64,000 bases of DNA from Promethearchaeota archaeon. GTDB taxonomy: Archaea; Asgardarchaeota; Lokiarchaeia; Sigyniarchaeales; SOKP01. Position 1 is the stretch's first letter. Every line of letters begins with the position of its first letter. The notes below the pieces were generated by a model, which saw only the letters and a program-made list of their open reading frames with translations, made no database searches and was not told the DNA's origin. Below, in pieces: positions 29,824 to 39,484 of the stretch. Position numbers and translations under genes: made by a program. The DNA is taken from the NCBI GenBank assembly GCA_016839555.1, contig JAEOUA010000006.1:416001-480000 (forward strand). The letters run 5' to 3'.

Positions 29824-30777
29824 TTAGAGAAATAGATTAAATAAATTATTAATAATGTTCATTATTTGGTCATAATAAAAAGAATATAATAATACAGCAC
29901 CAAATATTAAGCCTGCAATTATTATTCCCTTATCGAGAAAAACTTTTTCAGTGTTGCGGGCTATCTCTGGTCGTATTGAGGTTAGATACATATATCTCAT
30001 AAGTATGTATAAAACAATTGGAATTGTAAGAATAGTAATATATTCATTTATATGTACCCGCGTAGCACTAAATAGATCAAATTTGAGGATAAGATAAAGA
30101 CTATAGGTGATAAATATTGATCCAGCCATTAAAATATGGAGATGGTCTAAAAGTTTCAAGGAATAGGCATTATAGACTTTTTTATGTTTAATAGCATCCT
30201 CTTGGTTTCCCAAAGCACTTAAATCACCTTTTCGTTTAGCGATAACCAGAAATAATGCAATTTCATAGATTGATAAGATTAACCACGCAGAGATAAATTG
30301 ATTAATAAGAAAACAGCCCGCTAATGCCCTCCACACATATCCTAAAGACAATATTAAAATATCAATAAAAACATAGTTCTTTAACAAATGAGAATATAAT
30401 TGACCCGTAATTAGCATTAATAATAATATTATCGCAAATTCAAGGTTTGGAACGATAAAAATAAGACATAATGCTATTATAGCACCTAGAATTATTATTA
30501 TAATAATTGCAGTAGGAATCGATAAATCACCAGAAGCCAGAGGTTTCTTTTTGAATTTTTCGGAATGTTGTTTATCATACTCTATATCAACTATATCATT
30601 GATTATATAATTAATTGAAGATGTGAGGCCCAACAAGATGAATCCAATGATTAAAGAGATATAATATGAATAATTGAATAAATTTTCACTAAAAAAAATT
30701 CCAAGAAAAATTAATAAATTCTTATAATATTGGCGAAAGCGTAATAGCTTAATAATACTCTTAATATTTCTTAACAT
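29824..30777 (-). CDS. UbiA-family polyprenyl-phosphate phosphoribosyltransferase (DPPR-synthase type)
   Basis: LLRFRQYYKNLLIF, YIINDIVDIEYDKQH..K.KPLASG, LFLVIAKRKGDL, YNAYS, RYMY. Confidence 0.82.
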   Translation of the reverse strand: MLRNIKSIIKLLRFRQYYKNLLIFLGIFFSENLFNYSYYISLIIGFILLGLTSSINYIINDIVDIEYDKQHSEKFKKKPLASGDLSIPTAIIIIIILGAIIALCLIFIVPNLEFAIILLLMLITGQLYSHLLKNYVFIDILILSLGYVWRALAGCFLINQFISAWLILSIYEIALFLVIAKRKGDLSALGNQEDAIKHKKVYNAYSLKLLDHLHILMAGSIFITYSLYLILKFDLFSATRVHINEYITILTIPIVLYILMRYMYLTSIRPEIARNTEKVFLDKGIIIAGLIFGAVLLYSFYYDQIMNIINNLFNLFL

Positions 30778-30812
30778 ATGTTAAAAAGTAAAAAAATTGT
30801 TAAAATTAAAAT

Positions 30813-33344
30813 TTATTGAAATATAATCATTTCTGGTCTTAATCTCTGAAATAATTTGTAAAAACCTTTAGAAAAGATTGACAATTCTGATTTTTTTTGA
30901 ATCATTCCCGTTTTACATTTGAAGTTAATAAAATCAAGCTGATTTAATGTAAGTTGTTTAATTTGATTAAAAATTGTATTAATTGTAATTTCTATTGCTG
31001 GTTCATCTTTCTCAGAATTTTTTCCTTTACCCCCAGAAGGTGCCGTGTTATAAACAAGATTTTTAATAAATCCTATTTCCATATTATTAACAGGTTTTTT
31101 GAGATAAAAATTAGCCTTAACATGATGGTTTTTTAACCATTCTAATAATTTTAGATCCGTATCTTTTAATTTTCCGTGTTTATTTATTGCTAATTGAACT
31201 CTTTCAGGAAAAATGATTACATCTTTAATACATATTGATAAAGTATCTTTTTCTTGTTCTGGTTCGGAATCTGCCTTTAATTCAAGAATTATATGATTGC
31301 TACCAGAAGATTTAACATTTATACATTTAAAAATGTGTATTGTTCCTTTTATTTTAAGAAAAATAGATCGCCCCTTAAATGATTCTATGAATTCTATCGG
31401 ATAAGGAATTTTAGTTTTATTAATAGGTTTTCTAATAATTTTCCCATTACAATCAGAAAAAATATAATTTCCTTCTGTTCCATAAGACCTTAATTCGATA
31501 TCATTCAATAATAGCGTTTTATCATCGATATAATAAGAACTATTTAAACTAATTTTCGTTCTTGAATAGAGAGAGGTACTTAGTAATTCAATTTTTCCAG
31601 TTTTTAAATTTTGTATTAAATAATATTCGGGATCGCATACATTATCTTGGAATTTAATATCTATTAATTTACCGATAATAATTTCCTTAGTTATTAGATT
31701 TCGGAAAATAAATTCTCTTCCTAAAGCTAATTTGTAATTCTCTTTTATTTTGAGATCTTCAGATAATTGAGCAACACTTTCGATCTTAAAATATTCTTTG
31801 AATTTTTTTGTTGCTATCTTTTGAATTATGTCTCGAACTTCTGAAAATTTTTTACCATATTTTCTCTGTTTAGATCTTCTTAGACATATAAAAGGTAATA
31901 TGGCTTCTTTTGCTGGTTTTATACTATTATTATTATCCAATATCGCAGCCAAGCGATGGAATGTTAAGGGATGAGAGTTTAAAAAATTGCTGAGGAGTGA
32001 AATGCGTGAGGGTTTTATCATTGAGTTATTTAGATATTTAGCAGTGTCTATGTAATCTAACATTTGATTTTCTTTTGTTATTTTTTCTTCACATAATAGC
32101 ATGGTATTTAATCCAAATTCCCTTCCTGTAGCATAAAAGCTTTCTAAATTATACAATGCCTTTGCTAATTCAACTTTATACCCCGATCGTTTTGCCCTTA
32201 AATCAGCAAGTCCCTCTAAAATTCTTACGATGAAATAAAGAATCATATAAATGCCAATGTTAATTAAGATGAAATAAATAAAAGGTAATCTTGGATCTCC
32301 AAAAGTATAGTCATACATCGTTGCAGGTAGCCCTATAAACATTCTAAATAATAAGTCTCCAATAGTTATTAAGGCTAATATTAAGGTATGATTTCCCTTC
32401 GTATGAGCTAGTTCATGTGCGACAATTCCCTTTAGCTCGTCCTCAGGAATATTTTTGATATCTTCTGCAATAATGGCAATTCTTTTATCAAAAAAAGGAC
32501 CATAAGCCATGGCATTAAGGATAGGGTATTTCCCATAACCAATTTTAACCTTTCCGTCAATTGCAATTTTTTTTTTTACCTCATTTACAATTGTATTTAA
32601 TTCATTATTACGAGGTTTTTTAATTCCTAATAATTTGTCCAGAAAAACTCCAGAGGAAAAATATACCAAGATATTTACAACTATTAGTACGATATAAATA
32701 TAATCAAGAAAATTAATAGGTGTATATTGGTTAATAAAAACCACTACTAACCATCCAATAATATATAGAAATAATGTGAGATATTGCGGGCTCATAAATC
32801 GCCATACTATGATATATTTCCTTCCAAAAATTAAAAAACCCAGAATAAGGATGATCCAAAATGAAAATGCGAATGCGGTGTTAAGGAAAAACGGTTCCTC
32901 TAGATAAAAGGATATTATCCCAGCAATAAAGATAATGGTATATGTTATTAAGGATATAATCAAGATTTTATTAATAACGGGATATTCTTTCAATTCCCAA
33001 ACACCAACCCATAAATAAATGCTAAAAGCTCCCATTATAGATGTTAAGAATTCTTTTGTGACAAAAAAAATGAAGAAAAAGAAGAACAATATAAAAACCA
33101 AATCGCTGAATTCGCTTCTCTCACCATTTTTGGCCCAGACGAAAATTTCTTCTAAATTAAGAAAAATAAAAGGGATTAAAACCAAAAAGGTCCAATCTTT
33201 AAAAATAGTAAAAAGTGTTAAATTCAAATAAATAGAGATAAAAACTAAAGTAAATATTTCAAATATAAAGCAAATAAAAAAGATTAAATATCTATAAGTT
33301 TTTTTCAAAATGAATCCCAATTTTTTTTTATCTATTTTTTCCAA
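30813..33344 (-). CDS. Large multi-TM M48 zinc metalloprotease (HtpX/Ste24-like) with long soluble C-terminal extension
   Basis: NAMAYG, ELKGIVAHELAH (HExxH), EGLAD, SHP...RL; about 8 TM before the catalytic part. Confidence 0.82.
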   Translation of the reverse strand: MEKIDKKKLGFILKKTYRYLIFFICFIFEIFTLVFISIYLNLTLFTIFKDWTFLVLIPFIFLNLEEIFVWAKNGERSEFSDLVFILFFFFFIFFVTKEFLTSIMGAFSIYLWVGVWELKEYPVINKILIISLITYTIIFIAGIISFYLEEPFFLNTAFAFSFWIILILGFLIFGRKYIIVWRFMSPQYLTLFLYIIGWLVVVFINQYTPINFLDYIYIVLIVVNILVYFSSGVFLDKLLGIKKPRNNELNTIVNEVKKKIAIDGKVKIGYGKYPILNAMAYGPFFDKRIAIIAEDIKNIPEDELKGIVAHELAHTKGNHTLILALITIGDLLFRMFIGLPATMYDYTFGDPRLPFIYFILINIGIYMILYFIVRILEGLADLRAKRSGYKVELAKALYNLESFYATGREFGLNTMLLCEEKITKENQMLDYIDTAKYLNNSMIKPSRISLLSNFLNSHPLTFHRLAAILDNNNSIKPAKEAILPFICLRRSKQRKYGKKFSEVRDIIQKIATKKFKEYFKIESVAQLSEDLKIKENYKLALGREFIFRNLITKEIIIGKLIDIKFQDNVCDPEYYLIQNLKTGKIELLSTSLYSRTKISLNSSYYIDDKTLLLNDIELRSYGTEGNYIFSDCNGKIIRKPINKTKIPYPIEFIESFKGRSIFLKIKGTIHIFKCINVKSSGSNHIILELKADSEPEQEKDTLSICIKDVIIFPERVQLAINKHGKLKDTDLKLLEWLKNHHVKANFYLKKPVNNMEIGFIKNLVYNTAPSGGKGKNSEKDEPAIEITINTIFNQIKQLTLNQLDFINFKCKTGMIQKKSELSIFSKGFYKLFQRLRPEMIIFQ

Positions 33345-33366
33345 TTATCAATAAAAATTCCGCTAT

Positions 33367-34752
33367 TTATTCTTTAATTTTTGAATTTATCCTTTTTATC
33401 TGATTTTGTTTAGCAATTTGTTTCCAAAAATACTTGATTGTCAATATCCACCATGTGATAAGAATTGGCACCGTTAATAACAATGAGAGTATAACATTTA
33501 AAGGAATCTTTATGATTATTAGGTTTATAGATCCTGGAAAATTAGGAATAATTAGAAGTTCAATAATAATTAAAATAACAATTAGCATGAAATATAATAA
33601 AATCATATGTACCGCCATATCGAAAATTCTTTTAAAATAATATAAACTCACGATTAATGAAATGAAACTTATTATTATTATCGAAATAATAATTATAATA
33701 TCTAAATTTCCTACGGTCAATAGATTTAATAAAGTAGTTATTATTGCTAAAGATCCACAAAATAAAGAAAGCCCATAAAAATTTTTAACTAATTCAACTT
33801 CTTTTAACGGACCTTTAGATAAAAGCAGTCTTGGTAAAGTTAATAAAGCATTCTTTTGTTCAGAAGCTTTTATCTTATCATCTCTGAGAAGAATGATATC
33901 ATCTCGAAATTGATGAATCTCTTCACTTTCAAAGAATCCCCCAACTGAGGAAATATAATAAAAACTATTGCATATTTGCTGTAAAAGAGCACAAAAAGCT
34001 GCTGCTAATAATCCTCCAAATAATGCGATACTAGCAACCATAACACCCATTGTAAGAGTACCTACATCACCCGGAAAGATTTTTGCTGGATATTTATTAA
34101 AAAGGAAAAAGCCTAAGATTACTGGAAAAGTAATAATTGTCAAAAATAATCCTTCAGCAGAATTCCAGATAATACTACAGAACATTAAAAATCCCACCGC
34201 AATTAAACATGTTCCAGAACCTTCCCCATTATAACCTTCTAACATATTCACAGTATTTGCGAAGATACTAACGATTATTGGGAGGACTATAGGAAAAATA
34301 AGCGTTAATCGCAATTGTCCAAGAATAGGTAATATGGGATCCCTTATTCTTATATAACCAAAATAATTCGCAATAAAAATAAAGAGACCAATAAGTAGTG
34401 TTAAGAATATTTTATATCGGGAGCGTAATTTAATTCTATCATCAATATGACCAATTAACGCAGCTAATAAAATTGTTAAAATAATGATTATTATTTCATT
34501 TATAAATATTGGGAAAAAAGGTAATAGAAAAATTAAAGCGATGACCCAACCAAGAACCATCCCTAACCCTCCTGATTCCGAAACTTCTGGTTTGGCGTTT
34601 TTATGAATATCTATACCCACATGACCTTTTTTTTTCATATGTGTGATAATGATTGGCATTATCAAGTATGTTATAATAAATCCAATCCCTCCCGCTAAAA
34701 TAATAAAAAAGATTTCTAATATTCCCCAATTTAAAACTGTTATAGTGTGCAT
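33367..34752 (-). CDS. aglH: UDP-GlcNAc:dolichyl-phosphate GlcNAc-1-P transferase (DPAGT1/Alg7 homolog)
   Basis: GIDIHK...VSESGG, IGHIDD, ANTVNMLEGYNG, NKYPAKIFPGDVG. Confidence 0.88.
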   Translation of the reverse strand: MHTITVLNWGILEIFFIILAGGIGFIITYLIMPIIITHMKKKGHVGIDIHKNAKPEVSESGGLGMVLGWVIALIFLLPFFPIFINEIIIIILTILLAALIGHIDDRIKLRSRYKIFLTLLIGLFIFIANYFGYIRIRDPILPILGQLRLTLIFPIVLPIIVSIFANTVNMLEGYNGEGSGTCLIAVGFLMFCSIIWNSAEGLFLTIITFPVILGFFLFNKYPAKIFPGDVGTLTMGVMVASIALFGGLLAAAFCALLQQICNSFYYISSVGGFFESEEIHQFRDDIILLRDDKIKASEQKNALLTLPRLLLSKGPLKEVELVKNFYGLSLFCGSLAIITTLLNLLTVGNLDIIIIISIIIISFISLIVSLYYFKRIFDMAVHMILLYFMLIVILIIIELLIIPNFPGSINLIIIKIPLNVILSLLLTVPILITWWILTIKYFWKQIAKQNQIKRINSKIKE

Positions 34753-34808
34753 TTATAATATTCTTAATTTTTTTAGCTTTTTAATTTGTGTTTATATAAG
34801 ATAAAATA

Positions 34809-35933
34809 TTAAAATTTAGAATTTAGAGTTAAATAATTGAAACAGATTTCATTAGGATTTTCAAATTGTTTAATTTTGTCTTTATAACTCTTGGTAAATC
34901 TGCCTTTAGAGGGCTCTTTATCGAGAACTTGAATTGAATGTTTTATTATTTGATCAAGATTTCTCAAATGTTCTAATGGAAAACCGTTATTTTTGAGAAA
35001 ATGCTCTTGAGGGGCAGTTTCTCCCGGAAAAAATTCAATACTAGGTACATTTAATAAAGAACTTTCGCGGACTATCGTTCCGCCTCCGCTAACAACTAAG
35101 CTACTATAAAAACAGAGATCATCCAAATTCGGTAGATATTGAGTTATGATTAAATTTTCGTTTCCTACATATTTTTTAAATTTTTGTTGTAAATAATGCT
35201 CTTGTAATTGATTTCTAACTATTATGAGATATTTATGATTGGGAAATTCTTTAAACAATGGTGGGAAGATCTTACTTAACAAGGTCTCATTTGGTTTAAG
35301 TTCATTTATGAAATAGCATGCAGCTGTAGGTTCACTTCTCATTATTACATATTTACCTTTATCTAAATCATAAGAATTTAATATCTCCGGATTGGGAGTA
35401 AATTCCGAAAGCCAACCTATTTCATCAATTCCATCATAACGGATGATTTTTTTGGGATCTGCATAAAGATGAACATAAGTTTCTTTAGGAATACATCGTG
35501 GAGTAATTATTTTATCAATTAATGGAAATATTAATTTACAAACAGGTATATTTCGCGGCTCGTCATTATATCCTATAGATGGTATTTGCAGTCCATAAGC
35601 AATTCGGACACCTTCTACGGAAATAAAATTCACAAAATAATCGGGAAGAAATTCATTCACTAACGGAAATAAACCTTTTAATCTATCTATATGAGTTTCT
35701 AATTTATCGGCTAATTTTGCTCCACCATGTTTTCCAACTTTATGATATTCTATGGGTAGTTCAGCATTATCAAGAATCTTATAAGTGGGGCCATAATCTC
35801 GAGCGGTGATTAACAATTCGAACCCTTCCTTATCAAACTTATTAATTAATGATTGAAACAGTACGGCTGTTTTAGGCTGCTCTATATCTATCCAAATCTT
35901 CATATTTTTATTTGTTTTTAACTGCTTAATCAA
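34809..35933 (-). CDS. DUF354 family GT-B-like protein
   Basis: KIWIDI..P, ITARDY, VGKHGG, SGGGTIVRESSLLNVPSI. Confidence 0.85.
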   Translation of the reverse strand: MIKQLKTNKNMKIWIDIEQPKTAVLFQSLINKFDKEGFELLITARDYGPTYKILDNAELPIEYHKVGKHGGAKLADKLETHIDRLKGLFPLVNEFLPDYFVNFISVEGVRIAYGLQIPSIGYNDEPRNIPVCKLIFPLIDKIITPRCIPKETYVHLYADPKKIIRYDGIDEIGWLSEFTPNPEILNSYDLDKGKYVIMRSEPTAACYFINELKPNETLLSKIFPPLFKEFPNHKYLIIVRNQLQEHYLQQKFKKYVGNENLIITQYLPNLDDLCFYSSLVVSGGGTIVRESSLLNVPSIEFFPGETAPQEHFLKNNGFPLEHLRNLDQIIKHSIQVLDKEPSKGRFTKSYKDKIKQFENPNEICFNYLTLNSKF

Positions 35934-36035
35934 ATTATTATTATTATACTAATTAAATTAAAATATATAATTAATTTTATAGAAATCCATAATCTTTAAC
36001 ATGAAGAAAAAAATTTATTAAATTTCAAGTATTGA

Positions 36036-36043
36036 TATAAATA
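36036..36043 (+). promoter_or_regulatory. TATA box of tRNA gene
   Basis: TATAAATA 22-29 nt upstream of tRNA 5' end. Confidence 0.5.
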
Positions 36044-36064
36044 CAAGTTAAGTTATTGTAGAAA

Positions 36065-36196
36065 AGCCCAGTGGTGTAGCGGCCAAAATTATGGGGTCCG
36101 TCCCTCGTGGCTTCGCATCTGGGGCCTTGAACCCCGTGACCGGATTGATTAGCTCGATTTAATCCCGCGAAAACGGTTCGAATCCGTTCTGGGCTA
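36065..36196 (+). tRNA. tRNA-Gln(UUG) with two introns (36087-36114 at position 21/22; 36141-36171 at 48/49)
   Basis: Spliced: AGCCCAG TG GTGT AGCGGCCAA GCAT C TGGGG CCTTGAA CCCCG TGAC AACGG TTCGAAT CCGTT CTGGGCT A; A1-U72 typical of archaeal tRNA-Gln; BHB-like junctions; T-run follows. Confidence 0.88.
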
Positions 36197-36347
36197 TTTC
36201 TTTTTTTCCTTTGTTAAGAAATAATAATATTTCAATATTTTTCGAAGGAATATCCTAAAAATATTTATTTGAGAGAAATTTAATATTAAGAAAAACGCAA
36301 TATATAAAAATATTTAATTAATTTAAAAATCAAGAACCATTTTGTTT

Positions 36348-36971
36348 CTAATTTAATTTGAAAGGTTTAAGATCTTTACTAAGAAATTCTTTATCAAGTA
36401 ATTTTTCATTATTAATGAGAAATTGAAGTTCCTCATCTTTTTCGCGATATTCATCGGGTAACATACGAGGAATACTGTCAATAATTGGATACCACCTATT
36501 GCATTCATTGCAGAAAAGTAAGCCAGATTCGATCTCAATTTCAATCTTTATTTTATTTATTAAATTTAATTCTGGCAATAATTCCTCAATATTTTTATTT
36601 TCAGATTTCTCTCTAAAGTTTTGTATTTTTTCTTTTACGGTCCCTTTTAATAAATCTAAACATTGTTTACTGGTTTTATAGGAAGTTTTATCTATAACAT
36701 AATTCAACTCCTCTATGCTTGAAATTATTTTATCAGAATATTCCTCAATTGGAGTTTCCTTTATGACAATATTATCTTTTATTTTTTCTTTTTCACCCTT
36801 AATAATTTCAGGGATTTGTTCCTTTCTATGGAACTCCATCTTTTTTTCATTATAGGAGTGAATATATTTTTCAAAGAGATCTTCTTGATTTTCATACGAA
36901 AATATGAATAATTTTAAAGGAAAATACTTGCAAATTGGACAAGCTAAGATATCAAAAAGCCAGAGTTTCAT
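36348..36971 (-). CDS. Trm112-like methyltransferase activator with long internal insertion
   Basis: LFDILACPICKYFPLKL ... EIESGLLFCNECNRWYPIIDSIPRML. Confidence 0.85.
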   Translation of the reverse strand: MKLWLFDILACPICKYFPLKLFIFSYENQEDLFEKYIHSYNEKKMEFHRKEQIPEIIKGEKEKIKDNIVIKETPIEEYSDKIISSIEELNYVIDKTSYKTSKQCLDLLKGTVKEKIQNFREKSENKNIEELLPELNLINKIKIEIEIESGLLFCNECNRWYPIIDSIPRMLPDEYREKDEELQFLINNEKLLDKEFLSKDLKPFKLN

Positions 36972-37146
36972 TTTTTTTTTAAGGATTATTAATTAGTTCA
37001 TCAAATATTTAAAGTAATTAATAGCTATTTAAAATTTAATGTATTAAGCTTTAAACCTTCCTATATATACTTTTTCTAGGCTTTTTTATAAACTAAAAAT
37101 TAAAATTTGAGATAAGAAAAACAATTATATTAGTTTTAAAGAAATC

Positions 37147-39096
37147 TTATATTATATAGCTTCTAAGTTGTTGTACTGATTTATCTATTGATTTTTCCAC
37201 CTTATTGAGCCGTTTGATAAAATCATTCGTCAAAGAAGCATACGCAGATCGGCTAGGTATTTTTCCTCTTTTATATCTTGCTTCTAATAATTTCAATCCA
37301 TCTTCAATAGTCTGTCTTTCAGTTTCTAAGAGATCTATTGTATTTATGATATTGTTGAATGTCTCATTTGTTTCCATTAAGGTTTCTTTGAAAGGTTCTA
37401 TTTCCTCTTCAATAGTTTTTATTTTAGCCTCATTTCTTTTAGTAATTACCCGATATTTTTTCTTTGGTAGTTTTTTATTTTTCAAATCTTCTTCTGCTTT
37501 TGTAATTTCTAACATTAAAGCATGCTTTTCGGCGTACAATGAGCAAAACTCACGTATTTCTTTTACTGGAAGTTCTTCTTTTTCATACTCTGAAATAATT
37601 TCAGGTTCTTTTCTCTTTTTAACAAGAATAACAAAAATTGAGCATAAGCTAGCAATAACAATTAAATAAAGGAGTGGCCATGAAAGGAGTTTAAAAACAT
37701 CTAAATTATAATTAAATGCTACTAGTTTTAGTGGCATTTCCAGGGGAACGATATATTCCTCAAAATAAGTTAATGTAATTTCTCCTTGAGAATTGATTAT
37801 TCCATAGGGTGATCTTGATACTGAATTTATACCAGAAGCCCCATCAATCGTAATTTTTGTTATTTGATTTCTTCCTAGATATTCGAAATAAGAGGGAAAT
37901 ATATTAATTTGAAATGATTGTTGAAACCAGTTGAATGACATATAATCATATAAATCCAATTGATATTCTAATGTAAATTGATAGGTTGATCCTGGTTGAA
38001 TATTTCCTCTAAATTGTGATATACTGAAAGTCCCTTTTTGAAAACCGGGAATAAATGGATTTGGTGTAAAGTAAATACCCGAAATGGCTTGCTGTTGCGT
38101 AACTTCTGTTTCTCCGAGTTTAAGATCTCCTAGAAAATCATAAACTTCGAGATTTTTTGCTGTCTCTGGAATATTTATTTCAAATTCTTCTACAGGGATT
38201 GTTCCATTATTTTTAATGAAATAATTTTCCTTAACCTTTATAATTCCCCAAGGAGATATTGTTATGGTTCTTAATAATTGATTAATTTCTAATTTTGTAG
38301 TAGATTTATCTTTTACTTCGACTGTAATAATTTTTTTAGATCCCATATTTTCTAAAAAAGGTTCTAAAAAACCCTGAGTCCATTCAAATTCTATTTTATT
38401 TCCTCCAATTTCAGTACCCCAATCGCGATTGACAATTTCATATTGCCCTTCAGGTAATATGAACTCTGTGGAAATATCTCCCTCTACTTTATAAGGTAAA
38501 AGGGGAAATATATATCCTGTGAACGAAACTTTTTCATCAGGGTCACTTATAGTCCCAATAGATTCAAAATCGATATTATCTTTATAATATTGGACAAAAT
38601 TTAGCGTTGTTGTCTGATTTGATTGAATTGGGCGAAATAAATTAATTAATATCGTGTAAAAGTTTTCTTTCATAATAAAATCTGTCTTTTGTGAAGTATG
38701 TGGTATTAATCCTGTTCTAGCTTGATAAAATATTAAATTTTCTGAGTTATTGGAAGGAATTCCTATAAGTATGGATGATATTGAAAAATTATTTTCGTTT
38801 TTAATAGTTAATTTATCTTCAACAGAGAGTAACCCAGTTCCTTTCATATTCATAGTTCGAGTCAATTGAGTAATTTTAATATTATCTATTCCCTCTAAAG
38901 AGATTGAAGATGTCTGAATATCATTAGAATTACTATATAAAGAGGATTTAGAAATATAAAAAAGATCTTCGTTTGGAGGGTCATTTCTTGTGGTAAAGCA
39001 AAGAATATTTTTACTTATTAGAGGGATTGCTAAACTAATTATAAAGATCATTAATAGAAGGGTTAAAAATAAATCAAGTTTTCTTTTTCTTAACAT
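37147..39096 (-). CDS. Ribophorin I (OST1/RPN1) homolog
   Basis: Signal peptide, duplicated beta-rich luminal repeats (RTITISPWGIIKVKENYFIKNNG resembles RPN1 RVIEVSHWGNIAVEE), single TM, cytosolic coiled coil. Confidence 0.8.
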   Translation of the reverse strand: MLRKRKLDLFLTLLLMIFIISLAIPLISKNILCFTTRNDPPNEDLFYISKSSLYSNSNDIQTSSISLEGIDNIKITQLTRTMNMKGTGLLSVEDKLTIKNENNFSISSILIGIPSNNSENLIFYQARTGLIPHTSQKTDFIMKENFYTILINLFRPIQSNQTTTLNFVQYYKDNIDFESIGTISDPDEKVSFTGYIFPLLPYKVEGDISTEFILPEGQYEIVNRDWGTEIGGNKIEFEWTQGFLEPFLENMGSKKIITVEVKDKSTTKLEINQLLRTITISPWGIIKVKENYFIKNNGTIPVEEFEINIPETAKNLEVYDFLGDLKLGETEVTQQQAISGIYFTPNPFIPGFQKGTFSISQFRGNIQPGSTYQFTLEYQLDLYDYMSFNWFQQSFQINIFPSYFEYLGRNQITKITIDGASGINSVSRSPYGIINSQGEITLTYFEEYIVPLEMPLKLVAFNYNLDVFKLLSWPLLYLIVIASLCSIFVILVKKRKEPEIISEYEKEELPVKEIREFCSLYAEKHALMLEITKAEEDLKNKKLPKKKYRVITKRNEAKIKTIEEEIEPFKETLMETNETFNNIINTIDLLETERQTIEDGLKLLEARYKRGKIPSRSAYASLTNDFIKRLNKVEKSIDKSVQQLRSYII

Positions 39097-39187
39097 GTAA
39101 TACTTTAACCACTCTAAAATTTATCTTAATTTAATTAAAATAATATATTAAAATTTTGTAAAAATAAAAATTATGCAGAAGGCAAGA

Positions 39188-39478
39188 TTAACCACATTGA
39201 CAGGGATTATGTCCACATTTAGGACATATATTTGGATATTTATTGAAGAGTGCTTTTTCAAGATCGATATTTAATAAATTTGATAATGAGCACACCCATG
39301 CAATGATATCTGCTATTTCCTCAGCTATTTTTCTTTTATCTAACTTTTCTTGTTTTAAAGCCCTAGATAATTCTCCGACTTCTTCTACCAACCACATAAA
39401 AGTTTTAAAAAGTCCTCTTTTATTATCTTGATGAAAATAGAGATTGTACATCATTTCTTGAAGTTCTTTAATCTTCAT
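39188..39478 (-). CDS. MazG-like nucleotide pyrophosphohydrolase
   Basis: WLVEEVGELSRAL, EEIADIIAW, KYP..CPKC....CQC. Confidence 0.9.
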   Translation of the reverse strand: MKIKELQEMMYNLYFHQDNKRGLFKTFMWLVEEVGELSRALKQEKLDKRKIAEEIADIIAWVCSLSNLLNIDLEKALFNKYPNICPKCGHNPCQCG

Positions 39479-39484
39479 AGTTTT

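Noticed and set aside
36121-36171. Reading the tRNA as Ser(UGA), Sec or a suppressor with a long variable arm
   Set aside because: The apparent long arm is a BHB-bounded intron; the centred anticodon is UUG and the acceptor stem is Gln-type.
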